A stretch of DNA of 59,336 nt, filler included, from Bipalium vagum (taxonomy: Eukaryota): the NCBI GenBank assembly GCA_037834085.1. It is 3 parts of 3 records of this genome, joined end to end, with 100 filler letters (N's around TTAATTAATTAA, not from the genome) between each part and the next. Parts side by side here need not be neighbours in the genome. Positions count along the whole stretch, not along the records: positions 24,466 to 40,255 come from JBBMKC010138379.1; 2 more parts are not named here. One strand, given 5' to 3'. This document shows, one piece after another, positions 25,851-39,519 of this stretch (position 1 is its first letter; every line of letters starts with the position of its first letter). The notes beneath the pieces are model-generated. The model worked only from the letters and a program-made list of their open reading frames with translations. It had not been told where the DNA came from and made no database searches. The position numbers and the translations under genes are program-made.

Positions 25851-28773
25851 GTTCATGTGGCTTAAAAAGAACTAATTCAATTAATTAATAGTTTGTTGAG
25901 ACATGGTAGCCTGAATCGACTCATGATTGACTCAAGAAATTTGGTTGAACTCCACTTGAGTCGCAGAATTACTTCTTTGTTGACGATCCCACGTGGTTAG
26001 TCTCCAATCAAACAAGTGACCTGTTGACCTCTCTGATGATATCTCCGAGTTAACTTGGACTCAAAGAGTGAGAGATTAATAAAAGAAATTGAAAATCAAA
26101 AACAGAAGCAATCAAACAAGAAGTAGAATACCAGAAATCAGCCAAATTGAAAATAAAAAATATTTTTATGATGTGAAATAATGTTGTAAATCAATTAAAT
26201 TGAGATGAAAATTAATTTTAATAAAAACATCGTGAAAAATATTGCAAATATAGAGATATATTTTAGTGAGTATAAATGATTAAGCATAACATGAATTCTA
26301 GAAGGATTGTGCTCGTATTCCAATAAAAGACTTGAGGAGTTTCAATGAAATCTAATTGAGGTCAGTAAACTATCTCAATTCGTATCATTTCTCTTTCTTT
26401 TTCTATTTTCATTATCAATTTTGGTATCTTTAGATTTTCATTTTGAAGGTTTGGTGAATAAGAACACGAACAGATTAGTAAGGAGTCTGATTTACCGAGT
26501 CGGTTAATATAAATAATAACATTGTAAACAATTATTATCGAAAAATTGATTTAATTCCTTGAAGATAATATGATAAAAATAATAGGTAATTCTCTTTTAA
26601 TAAATAAGTTAAAACTATTTAAATTTTAGCTATTCTTTTAATCAAATCATCCCATTAATTATCTGTTGTAATTAAAAATATCGTCGGAGGACCGATACTT
26701 CTAGAAAATAACTCATTAATTTGTATTCATTCTTTAGTTTCAGATAGATAAAAATTTCTGGAAAATTTATTAGCCTTGAAAATAAAAAAAATAAAAAATT
26801 ATTTAAATTTCATTCTAAAAAAATTTATAGCAATTAACTAGAAATTAATTGGACCTAAAATTTAATACATTTTTCAAAATTTTCATTAATTTTTAATTAA
26901 ATAACAATTAAAAATCTAATTTTATGAAAAAGGACTTGAAGAAAAAAACAAAAAAATTGTACAATTTTTTTCATTGAAAATTGATATTTGTCTAATAATC
27001 ACGCTTCATAAACTATACTAATTAATGATTAATTAATTAAATAATTATTAAAATGAATAGGTTTTCAAACATACTACACGACCTGAAATTAATTAAAGCC
27101 AAACCATTTATATTTACTAATGAATCTAAAGGATGGCATTTTTTAATTAGCTAGGCTCCATTTCCATTCATATATTTTAATGTCTTAGAAATTCAATTTT
27201 TTAATTTACTCCAATCATTAAAACAAATCTTTATTAATTTAAAGTTATTATTTTTATACAGATTTTTATTAATTTTTTTTCTACAAGTAATAAAAATTAA
27301 ATAAATTAAAAAATCACCTTTAATAATCTCAGTTTATACTATATTTTTAAAATAACAGTAAAAAAATTAAATTTTTTTAATTTAGTATTAATATATTTTC
27401 ATATTATTATCAACTCACAACTTACCTTACATAAATACCATTTTAATTAATTTACTAAATAAAACAATTTTATACAATGAATGATAATTTTTTTATCTAC
27501 ATTTTAATAATATTTTGAAAAAAAATTTCCTTTTATTTTAAAATATATAATAAAATGTATATTGATTTTTAAAATTTATTTTCATAAAACTGAGCTTTTA
27601 ATTAATCAATTACAATTTTATATCTCAATTTAGTGTATCATTTTTCAACATAAAATTCAATATTTAAACAAAACAGAAAATTAAAAGAAAACTGAGGAAT
27701 AATAAATTAATAAAATGATTTTACTTTCCCTAAAAAAATGAAGTATTTGTAATTTTCAAAATATTTTAACCAATTTCATCATTCATTTATGCCCCATTTA
27801 AACACAAAAGTTAATCACTGAAATTTATGTTAATAAAATGCAAGTCCTATTTTTGCCCCCTTTCGTGTCCCTTAATTGGTCTCAAATGTCATCTTTTGAT
27901 ATATTTCTATGTGAAAGAGTGAACTCATAAAAGAATAATAGATATGATTAGATCAGATATGTTTGGAGTGTCCGCGATCGATTTTTGGATTTGAAATCAG
28001 CAGAAGGACTACTTCTACTGTTTGTTAAACCAGCTTTATTAGATTTTATGATCAAATATATCGATTTTTTATCCTAGATAATTGATAACTTGGCGGATCT
28101 GGTTTTGCTTTTTCCTTGTTTTTTTATTATTTTTGTTTTATTAAAGACAACGTTACAAATTACGATCATAATAATAATAAAAACGTCCCAGTTATTTTCT
28201 TTAATAATTAGATTAATTTTTTAATTAATCTGTAATATTTTTTTATTTTAAAAAACGAAGCGACAACGTTTATATTTTAGTAATATTTTAGTAAGTTTTG
28301 ATANNNNNNNNNNNNNNNNNNNNNNNNNNNNNNNNNNNNNNNNNNNNNNNNNNNNNNNNNNNNNNNNNNNNNNNNNNNNNNNNNNNNNNNNNNNNNNNNN
28401 NNNNNNNNNNNNNNNNNNNNNNNNNNNNNNNNNNNNNNNNNNNNNNNNNNNATTTTGATTTGATAATTTACAAATGAAATCATTTTATAAACCGATGGGA
28501 ATATCATCCAAAAATGCATACGTTTTCCTAAAGAGAATTTTTTCTAAAATAGTTATTTTCATTTTTCGATAATTTTTTCTAAACCGAACATATCGTTAAT
28601 AAATTAACTTAAATACTTTTATAATTATTATATTATAATAATTATTTCTATTACAATAACTATTAATATTATGAAATGCTGGCCACATGGCAATATGTTT
28701 ACGATAACATAGGTATGATAGGTAAGATGATAAACGTCACATGAATAAAGATTTGACTATTAACTTAAAAAAT

Positions 28774-29390
28774 ATTAGGTTGTATAATAAAGTTTCCTTC
28801 AAGTTTGGTTTTCGGAAAACTTAAAAAATATAAAATCAATTTTGAACTTTTATTTTATACAACATTTTTGTCGGTTAATGACATTTTTTGTCAATATTCC
28901 ATCACTATAAAATTTCCTTGGTTTCTCGGGAGAAAATGAGATGTGTTTTTCAGATTAGTCTTTTGAATTCAATTTTATATCGATAGGAATTCTGCAGTGA
29001 CCGAAACAAATGATAGCCTAACGGCGTCATATCAGAACTGTTAAGAGGATATAACTTAAATTCCCATTCAAAGTCCCACAGTTTTTAACGAGTCATCAAA
29101 AACAATTTGTTAATGATTAATACTGAGTAAATCAGTTAAATGTACTAATGTACTCATGCTAATTGTTGATGTCGTTCTCTTATATTATTTTCTATCACTT
29201 TATAAGCTTTCTATGATCATGTTTTTTGACCGACAAAGATATTTGATGTAATCGATCTGTGAAAATAGAAACTTGCTAGTCATTTCGGTCAAAAAAGCAT
29301 GATCCGCTTTCTAATAAAATTCTCGAAAAATCCGTTGTCGGCTATCAAATTGTTCCATTGATCCAAAAAATATCAATTAAATTCAAATTC
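28774..29390 (-). mobile_element. Mariner relic with TIR
   Basis: TATTAGGTTGTATAATAAAGTT end; minus-strand SSDMTP..YHLFRSLQN remnant near 28990-29040. Confidence 0.7.
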
Positions 29391-29509
29391 TTTTTTATTA
29401 TAATTTATTGATTCGGAATTCATAAGAGAATAAATTTTTTAAAAACTTTTACGTAAAATTAAAATTTTAAAAATTCAAACAATTTTTATCAAACCGTGGA
29501 ATTTTAATA

Positions 29510-29735
29510 ATGGGTTGGCAACTAAGTTCGTGCGCTTTTTAAGAAGAAATGAAAACCATAAATTTTTATTGATAAAACAGTTTTAATCAATGATATGTTC
29601 ACCATTATTAAGAATGACCTTCTGCCATCTTTCCACTAAATTCAACAATAACAACATTTGAAATAAGATATTTTTAATGTATTAGTTTGAAAAATTTTTA
29701 TATTAAAAAGCGCACGAACTTAGTTGCCAACCAAA
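29510..29735 (-). mobile_element. Mariner-derived MITE / internal-deletion derivative (226 bp)
   Basis: Perfect 30-bp TIRs GGTTGGCAACTAAGTTCGTGCGCTTTTTAA (29513-29542 and 29703-29732), TA flanks; internal minus strand encodes the mariner C-terminus LVERWQKVILNNGEHIID*. Confidence 0.92.
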
Positions 29736-29889
29736 TATTTCAATAATAATAAATAATTCAATAAATAATTATAAAACGCCTTCAAATTTTAACATTATTG
29801 ATTTATTAAATTTTATAATAAATTAAATTAAATTCTCTAATACATAATACTTATAATATTTAAAGCAAAATAGGTTTAATAAAATTTTA

Positions 29890-30040
29890 AAATCCCATTT
29901 TCTTCCCATCTATTCCACCAATATGTTACAGTTTTGTGGACCATACACAGCCTGTGCGTAACCTCGCGTTGGTAAAATTCATCTTCTAGAATGCCACCAA
30001 TTCTTCCTTTTTCAAAATCGATCAGCTAACGATAAGTAAT
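29890..30040 (-). mobile_element. Tc1-like N-terminal relic
   Basis: LIDFEKGRIGGILED.FYQREVTHRL....KTVTYWWNRWEENG. Confidence 0.75.
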
Positions 30041-30157
30041 ATTAGTCATTTTATATTATATAGAAATTCATATGGTTATAAAACTGATATAAAATCCATA
30101 TCCAATACCTATATATAAATTATTATGAGGTCTGAGGCAGTAAAAATTCAATATAAC

Positions 30158-31100
30158 TACAGTCGAACTCGGTTAATATCACTGCTTCCGTTCCAAGAAA
30201 GATAATAATAAGCAGAACCTCATAATAGCCGAAAAGTCGTATGACATCCCGATGAATGATATTAACCAATTTACATAACCACAAAATAGCGTTATAAAGT
30301 ACTATGTATACAAAAACCGAAGACCAATATATACATATGAATTTTTATTGCATTGTTTCAAACCAATTCTCTAATTATATTTGTTAGGCCCTTGAAGCTG
30401 GATTTAAAATAAGGTATTGTACTTCATTTTCTAAACAATTAAAATGCTTTCATTCATTCGTATCCTTCGATGATAAAAAGATTTTTTTAATGATCAAATA
30501 AATCAAATGAATGCTTTTATTAGTCGTTGTCAAGTCTAAAATATATATAGCCACTTGAAAAAGGAAATTAAAATCACCATGTATTTGAAAAACAAAACAT
30601 TCTTTGAAGCTTAATTAGTTCTACTTTAACAAAATCCCATGCTAATTGGTTAAAAATTAAATAAATTATATCATTGGTCGAATTATAATATTTCCAAAAT
30701 AGCGACGTAAACAAGTCTTTTCTGTGTCATTAGAACTGTGGAACATCTTCAACATATGCACTCGACATATAGTGTATATTGTATAACATGATAGCAGTGC
30801 TAAGAAAACATTTTGCTCTATACATAATGTACTGTTTCAATAACTTTTTGACTGTTTTCTATTTAGTTACAAATAATTCGTGAAAAAAATTGCTTCTTGT
30901 CATTTAATTATTTTGCTTATTGAAATTAAATAAATTTTATGATTTTTCTAGATTGAAAAAGAAAGTGATCGTACGAAATTTTATTTTTATTCGTAATATT
31001 TTCTTTATTTTTCTTTTGTCAATAAAAACTAATAATAGATTGTACAGTTGATCTTTCGAACTATGATTGAAGTTTGGAAATTTTTCAGAATCAGTTGAGA
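30158..31100 (-). mobile_element. pogo/Tigger-like relic
   Basis: TA-CAGTCGAACTCGGTTAATAT terminus typical of Tigger-type TIRs; internal part strongly decayed and right boundary uncertain. Confidence 0.5.
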
Positions 31101-33039
31101 TGTTTTTTTAAAGCAAGAAAACTCCTCTGTATACCAAACTTTGTATTATGATCCCCAGGTCAAATGTTGTCTGCCAAATAGCAGGATGGTCTATGGAAAT
31201 CATACTCTAAATGATTATATTCTGAGATAGAGCGGCGGCCCTTAAAGCGTTCTAAATATGTTAATTTTAGAGTAATACTTGTCTGTTGAATTAATTGATT
31301 CCTCAATGATTTCAACTTGAATATCTCATTGGACTCTACTTTCAATTTATAATATTCAAAAAGTACAGTCAAAAATCAATAGAAAAGTCAATATTTTTTG
31401 TAAAGCCTAAAATTGGCTTTAAGATTTTTCAGTTAAGTGGAATTAATGAGATCTTAACTGAAGATTTTCAATAGATATATTGGAAAATCTTAATAAGTAG
31501 CTTAATTATTTATTAGTATTTTAAATCACTATTGATAATATTTGTATATGGTGCTCAAACTTTCTTCATTTTCTTAATAATCGAAAATAATGAAATCTTA
31601 CCAAAATATCTAAGTCTATGAGAACCAGCATCTGGGAAAAGAAAACGCAATAAAAATATTATAATTTTTACAACTGTTCTACGTAACCCTTCTACTTTAG
31701 GTCAAAAAAACTTGACAATAAAAAAAGTAAAGTTAAACCTGAAAAATCAAATTTTTAAAATTATTAATAAATTATACGAAATTATTAAAAGGATGAAGAA
31801 AGCTTTTCTTTAGAATATTCTTATTTTTCCTTTTAAGACCGTTCAATTAAATGAGTTTACAAGATTTTACTTTATTAATCTATGGGAATCAGTACTTATT
31901 ATTATTATTTATTTATTTATTATAATACTAATCCACAGAAGTCCAAGAATAAATAGTTCATTTTTACTATTTGATATTAATTTAATATTTACTACTATGG
32001 TATATGATTGGACAAATCCTTATAAATATCTCTTCTAACTAATGAAGAAGGCAACATTTGATTTAGCTTTGCCAGGCAATTTCTGGTAAACTTAACATTT
32101 TCAATCAGTTAAGCAAAACAGGTAATCACGAACATTCATAGCAAATCAACAATGCAACATGCACATGTCTGTAATATCTAAAAACTATAAATAGATTATG
32201 CGTAATCAGAAAAATAATGATGTATTATTAATTAATAAAAACAAAATTGATGCGCCTTGTGTTCTTATCACTTTTTTAACATTCCTATTATTTGTGATAA
32301 TCTAAATCAAATACAATTTTTATAAAAATTAATTTCTTTTCTCTCAAATTTCATTGATTTATTCACAATTTTTTTTATTTTTGTTACTATTTTGTACAAA
32401 TTACTGTAATTAATTTTAATGTCCTAACATTAATAATAATTTTTATTTTAATGCTTTTATTATTTATATTAATTTCTAATTAAAATTAAAGAAAAATCAC
32501 AAAATAAAAGAATAAAAGATAGTAGAAGCTTTTTTTAAAATTTTTTTATTCCCAAAAATTATTTGTTATTTTACAATAGTTTACATCAGCAGAAGTGTTA
32601 AATAAATTTTAGTCTGGACTGACTTCGAACGTCTAATCCATTGGAATAGTTTTGGCACAAAAACTTTCTAACACGATTTTTACGAAATATCGTAGACAAA
32701 TCAAATAAATAATTAATTTTCCTAAAAATTCAATAAAAATTATTTTAGTTATTAGAAAATATAATTGTCTTCAGAAGAGATTTATTGAAACTAACAGAAA
32801 AATATTGATATATGAAAATTATAATACTTAATAATTATTACAATCACCTCTAAATAAAAGGCATCATTGAAAATCATTGAGATCTTTAGAAATTGTTTTT
32901 ATTCATTGATCAATTTTTACTGAGAGTTTTGTGTATTGCCATTCTTTATCGTTCTTTAATATATTTTAACAAGTTTTAAAATAGTTAATTTTTTTTCAAA
33001 TATACACTTTTTTTTAAAAATTTTAAACACACAGAATTT

Positions 33040-34560
33040 TATTTACAATACTGTCCTGATACATGTTTCGATCAGTCCATTCAGATCTTCTTCAGTCAGT
33101 TTTGATATTGTTCTCCATTCCCTTCAAATTATATCACTATTATGATTTTCATCAAATTATCTTCATTATTATGAAACAAAAGAAAAACTTTTTTTAATTC
33201 TCAAAACTTTAAAAATTAATTTTAACATTTTTTAAATTTAAAGATTGTTTTTCAAAATATTAATTAAAGAAAACATTAATTATCCATTGATTTCTGCTTT
33301 CTCCATTTTGTGAATTAATTTCTGGTTTCAGTTTTTTAATTTCTACTGATTAGGATATTTTACGTCCTTCAATCATTATCAAAGTTGTTCATTACTACAC
33401 TAATCTCATTTTCATTGGCATATTTATTTCCTTGTCTTTGCAACCAACAGTATGATCCAACACTTTACATGTTCTACTTTTTTGAAGATGCTCAAAGATG
33501 CTGAGGTGTTTTTTTGTATCCAAGATGTTTAGATGACCACATTCATTACACTGAAATTTATACACAATATTAGCTTGCATTGGGCTTCATGTCACTGTTT
33601 TGATTTTTAAAACATTATTAGTCTTTGCCGTTACAGATGTTACCTTTAAGCCTTTTTCATTTATGGTCTGTAATATTTTACTTTTAAAATTTTTGAATCT
33701 CTCTGAATAGAGAATTTTAATAATATTTCTACATACACTTTTCTTTTTCTTGATTTAATAAATTTACTTTTATTTTAGGTAAATATTATTTTATTTATAA
33801 TTGAGGTGTAGTTTACTTTGAACATTTTTTGAAATTTAAAATGGTAAATCTTTCAGAATACAATATATTATTGCTTCTTTTGCAAAATGAAAGATTACTA
33901 GTCAAAGCGGGAAACGTGAAACCCAAGTACTTTACACAATTATATCAGGGTATCAATGTAAAAAATTATATGCTGGGAATTTCTGTATATATCACAGATC
34001 ATATCAGTCAAGAATCTGTTCCAATAATTCCCTGAATTCAAAACTATAGGTTATTATCAAGTAGGAACAAATCGAATTGTTGACGGACTAGATTAAAACA
34101 AATTATTTGTACTTTTATCATTTTTTTAGAAAGAAATATATTATTTGAATTGATTTGTGCACCTTAATATTATTTTATTATAAAGATAATTTCATACAAA
34201 ACAGCATCATAGTAATTAAAATAAGCAACTAAAAAACAGAATGATGTCTGACAAACCGTCTGACCTATTTACACTGTTAACCCTGGCAAACCTATATGCT
34301 GAAATGCCAAATAGACTAATGAGGATTTCTTTGTCAACTTGAACATTCCCTAAAAATGTTTGAAATTCAACATGCCTTTTAGAATAATTAAAAAAATTAT
34401 ATCTCAAATTTACTGGTTAAATGTTTTTCCAATAAAAAAATATTCGCTCTTGGAATAATATCATGTAATTATTAACTCTAAACTGTCCTCATATTATCAA
34501 TCTTTTTTGTGAAAAACATTGTGACAAACCCCTAATATTATTAATAATTACAGGTAATCA
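33040..34560 (-). mobile_element. Degenerate Penelope-like retroelement (RT remnants, GIY-YIG endonuclease, 3' hammerhead)
   Basis: ORF 33395-33580 ANIVYKFQCNECG..T.KHL...EH is the GIY-YIG signature; downstream VEIKKLKPEINSQ-like end; RT-thumb-like IYRNSQH and other RT remnants at 33900-34560; many stops and frameshifts. Confidence 0.75.
33056..33099 (-). ncRNA. Minimal type-I hammerhead ribozyme at the 3' end of a Penelope-like element
   Basis: Minus strand reads CUGA-CUGAAGA-A-GAUC-UGAAUGGACU-GAUC-GAAA-CAUGU-A-UCAG: core boxes CUGAnGA and GAAA, 4-bp stem II, palindromic ACAUGU stem III, GUA cleavage triplet, 4-bp stem I (CUGA/UCAG). Confidence 0.72.
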
Positions 34561-34769
34561 ACTTCAGAGTGATCTAGATGTATTTTATTATGTGTACCGT
34601 TAAATAATGAGGTTTTTTAAATCTATTTTTCATGATTTAAGATTAAATAAAGGTTTATTTCGTTATATATTTTGATTATATTATTATTTGTATATATCGT
34701 ACTTTGTTTTAATATATAGTTTACTAGGATAATCATTTAAATATTATTAAAGTTTAACAAGTTTAATTA

Positions 34770-35650
34770 CTTTAAGATTAAAGCAAGAAAAGATTTGTTA
34801 GTTTATTAAAGCATTTACGCGGAACTATTTTATTATTGGAAAAACTTTTCGAGGTCTATGGAGAAACGATTCAAAAACGATTATTTAGTGTAAAAGACAA
34901 TGAACGTCCTCGTCGTACTTCTGCATTTGTAGACCAACATTTACAAGCTCTATTGGATGAAGATACATGTCAACCTCAAAAATAACTCGCCATGCTATTA
35001 AATGTTGCTCAGCAAACAGTTTCTGATCGCCTAAATACAATGGACAACAATTTAAAAGAATGGACACGGGTACCGCATAAACTGAACGACAGACAACGAG
35101 AAAACAGAAAATTAGTCGGGGAAATGTTAATTTTTATATAAAATTGTGACAGCAGGTGAGAAATTGATTTATTATGAGAATCCAAAATGTTATAAATCAT
35201 GAGTTGATTCGGGTCAATATTCAAGACAAAAACAATTTTTAGAAAGAAACCAATGCTCTGCTTGTGGGGATAAAAAGATTGATATATTATCTTCTAGTGT
35301 CGCGTGAGACTATTAATTCTAATAGCTATCAAAAAAATAATGAGACTGAACTAATGTTTGATTTTCAAAAGTCCAGAATTAGTTAAAAGGCCTGGTTAAG
35401 TAATTTTCTCCATGACAACACATCGTCACATAATTTAAAAGTAGTCAAAACATTTTTAAAAATCTAGCCTTGTAATTAATCACCCGTCATATTCACCTGC
35501 AAACTCCTTTAGATTTCTATTTGTATCGATAGATAGCACATCGGCCTGGTGAACAGCACTTCAAGACATACGAAGATGTCCAGAAATAGGTCTTGGAGTG
35601 GTTCCGCCTAGAAAGAAGACGTGTTTTGTGACAGCACTCTCAAGACTCAC
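34770..35650 (+). mobile_element. Near-full-length decayed mariner
   Basis: WTRVPHKLNDRQRENR, IVTAGEKLIYYENPK, FLHDNTSSH, HPSYSP in colinear order. Confidence 0.85.
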
Positions 35651-35849
35651 CTTATATTATACTAAGAAGTAAATAATTATATTGAGTTCTCACTTTTAAC
35701 AGTACGAGAGTAGTTTGAAAATGAAAAGAATAAAACAACATTTATTTCATAGATTTCTTTTATGGATAATCCTTCAAGAGAAAGAATTTTATAATTCATC
35801 GATTTTCAATTTTTTCCATTTTACAATTAATAACGTCAAGTCAAATTAA

Positions 35850-36600
35850 AATACGTAATATTTAAACAAATGACTTTCCATATTGAAAAAATATGTTAGC
35901 ATTAAAGATGAAATATTAAAATGGCTTATATTTTTTTTGCTCTATTGTTAAATTAATCCTATTGCTTTCAAAACTTTTTAAATAGTCTTCGTAATAATTT
36001 GAACTTTGTCTATCTGGTGTTCTTAAAAGAAACTTTGAATCGTGTGAAATATATGTTAAAAAATCAAAGTCCTTTCATAAATAATTAGTTTTTATTTAAT
36101 ACTTTCAAAGCATTTCCTCAAACATTCTTGTCAATCATCATAGTTCATTTCCTTAGATTTAAAATAATTTTGCTTATCTCATGGGTATTTATTATATTAC
36201 TTATTAACTATTTAAAAGAATTTATCCACTTCTCTCACATTCTTTTGGCTCCGGAAAATTTATTCAATTAATGACATTCTAAAGGAGCTCTTGATAATTT
36301 GATTAATCTATTTACTTATTATTAATATATAACTTTCCCAAAGGATTATTCGCGGTCTAATAATTTTATTAAATGAATATTATTTGTTAATCTTGCTTAT
36401 ATCTAATTTTAAAGGTATGGAATAAAAGCTTAAAAATGGTAAATAGAAACTTTGAGATAAATTACTCGGAAACGTATTCCCGTCTTTTTCTCTTGGTAAT
36501 TGTATGCATCCCTTATTTTCCTCTGTAAAATTTGTATCAGAAAATAGTTGAAATATTAAAAATATGTATATATTATGTATTAAATGTGTTTAATCAAATA
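35850..36600 (-). mobile_element. Possible L1/Tx1-like LINE 3' relic
   Basis: Minus strand CIQLPREKDGN..P resembles the post-RT LCxPKxxGGLG motif; otherwise heavily decayed. Confidence 0.35.
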
Positions 36601-36779
36601 AAGTTGTACTGACTTACTAATAATGTATAAATAAATTTTGTTTAAACGCATAAAAAGCCAGAAAACTTGATTGACATCAACATTAAATTAAATACCTTTT
36701 AACAGTCGTGTAAGGAAATCAAATTTCTCAAAGTTGGAATATCATCATTCTTAACACAAACAATTTCAAACAAAAAAAC

Positions 36780-36998
36780 TTTTAAAATTCTCTTAACACA
36801 TTCACTGTTGATCCAATTATTCTAACTAACCATGTGTCAAAATATTATTGTTAGGAGGTCACAATAAATATTTCTGAGATCCAAAATCACATATATAATG
36901 CTAAAATCGATGATGATGATGATTGGTGCTCGTCCATCACCAATCACTATGACAAAACTTCGACGAGATCCTCTCGTACCTGGCCGCCAATGGGTTAA
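36780..36998. mobile_element. piggyBac-like terminus
   Basis: Reverse complement TTAA-CCCATTGGCGGCCAG: TTAA target site (36995-36998) plus a CCC-starting TIR; partner end not found. Confidence 0.55.
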
Positions 36999-39519
36999 AT
37001 TGAATTACAACTTTTTAATCGTAACTAATCCCTATTAATTCTGAACTGCAGTACTCTGAAGCATGGTCTGCGATTCATTCTATAATTTTTTTGTGTAATT
37101 GATAAATAATGACATTTTTGAAGTATAAGGTGTTTCAAACGCGCTGTTATTTTTTAAACAATCTATAATTAGTATCAATTTTATTTTTCTAAAATTTATT
37201 CAATGCCTAAGGAATCAAAGATGTCAGATTTCTAAAAACCAATAGAAAAAACCATATCTTTTCTAGTAATGTTAAAAGGTGGTCGAAAATTAATGAAAGC
37301 ATTTGTTTCACCTGTCCTTTCTAAATAATCTTCGATTGAATTGGCACCTGACAATTAAATAAATGAATAATTGTACCATTTCATTTAATTGTTTAAATAC
37401 AGCCTCTATTATTTCTATTGTAAAGATCATTTAAACAACAACAACATTTGAAGAGGTTATGTAATAAGTGAAAATGTTTTCATTGCAAATGTCAAAGTAT
37501 ATCAAAGCAGTCTTTGTGGAACTTAAAAATGTTATAGAAAAGACAAAAGTGAACTAAAGGATTTTCTAAATATATCATTTGAAAAACAAACCCCAGCATT
37601 CTACTTTTGTAATGTATTATAAATCACATCTCTAAACACGATCTTGACACTACTAAATATAATTTGAAATATATTATTTATTTTAATATATTATATAACC
37701 AAATATCATTTAATTAGCCATATCTCTATGGTGAATAGATACAATATCAGAATTTCTTATTCAGGGTCAAAGCACATATTCCATTAGATCTAACCCACGT
37801 TTAAGACTAATAATGAACCAAGCATATCACATATTAGTGATCAAATGTCAAGGGGCTATGATTAACGGTCTATTTCATTTTAGAGTAAGATAAAATATTC
37901 GGTAAATCGTTTAGCTCTCTGTGTTTTGATAAAGTGTTATAGAATTTTCTTTAATAAAAATAATAATTATTATAAAAATATGCGTAAGGGATTCGTTTTT
38001 AATTAAAAATCAATTAGAAGTTTATTATCTATTAATATTTTATAATTGACAACTCCTTACATTTTTTAAACCGTGGCGTCAATGTTTCAGTCAGTCAAAA
38101 ATTGACATTCCTCTGATTATGATATCCTTATTTCAACGAGATTTCCCATTCCCTTCTATGTCCAGTCATGAGAAACAAAGTCCTACATCCCAAAACGTCA
38201 TTTTTATATATTTGCACTTAATCAATGATGATACGATTTTTACTCGTTTGTAATCTTTGTTTAAATCGATTCAATTTAAAAATATATTATTAAGTCAACA
38301 TTGATTTTTCATTCCAAGCATTTTCATTATTCTTGTTGTTTTATTTGATAAAATAAATATTATTTTTATATTACTTTCATAATTAATATTTAATATGTAG
38401 ATGTCAAGTGTATAAATGTCAATAAAAATTATTTTATTTTTTATCATTTTTTTATTTCTTTTTTTATTAAGCAATTTGAAATTTTTATGCAATGCCATAT
38501 TATATGACTAAATGGTAATTATTATTATCATTATTATTAAATATTGAATATACGCAAATAAAAGTGAACAAATGAACACAAATAAGTAATTAGTAATTCG
38601 ATGTATATTTCCCATCATGGGATCTCTTATTCCACTTCACATTTTGATTTCCCAAATGATCATCCCTTTTGCCATCTTCGTATAAGTTTCAATATTGATA
38701 AATTATTTATTTTTCTCACTAATTTATAAGCAAATTAAAATTCAATCCTTGGATCAGAAACATATTTCAAAAAATTGTTCAATTCATTTCATTCCGAGAA
38801 CGTTAAAAAGGAATAAAATGAGCAAAAATATACTGTTTTCACCTCTATTTTCACATTGCAAAGTTTAATTTTGACAACTTAAAGTTCTATTTTAACAAAA
38901 CTAAAATCTATAATAGGCAAATCATAATAAAACGACATTATGGACATATTTTGATAAATAGCTAAATTCCGAAATGGTTTTATTGATAGTCGTTTTGGAG
39001 ACTTATTTTAACATCTTGTTGAAATTTTATTTAATGAGATTGAACAGTCTTCATAAATCCATTAAACTTTTATATTTTCTTGATCGGATTTTAATTTTTT
39101 TGCGTACAACCGCCTCTTTATTATTTTTCAATAGTTTCTTCTTTAAGATATTTTTTGATTATTTGATGTACCGTAGTATATATAAACAAATTACCTACTT
39201 AAAACAAATGTCAAAATTAAACTTTACATTGTCAAAATATATGTGAACACGATTAATGTATTATACATGAATCATAAATAATATTGATTTATATAATTAA
39301 TTAGTTATTAGAAATTAATTATCCAATAGAAAAGATGACAAAGAATGGAAAATTTTTAAATTATAAAATAAATTATATTTAAAAGAAAAATATTATCCGA
39401 CAAAGTATAGTCAAATGAAAACTCTAAAAGAAATAATCTATTTATGGTCCAGAATTTTATTCTTCAGTTAAATAAGTGCATTAAATTGGTGAAAATAATT
39501 TAAGATTAGTTTATTATTT

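Noticed and set aside
26434-26477. DFHFEG segment resembling cadherin FDYEG
   Set aside because: Very short match, no SLSSL follows, and no phase-compatible partner exons were found.
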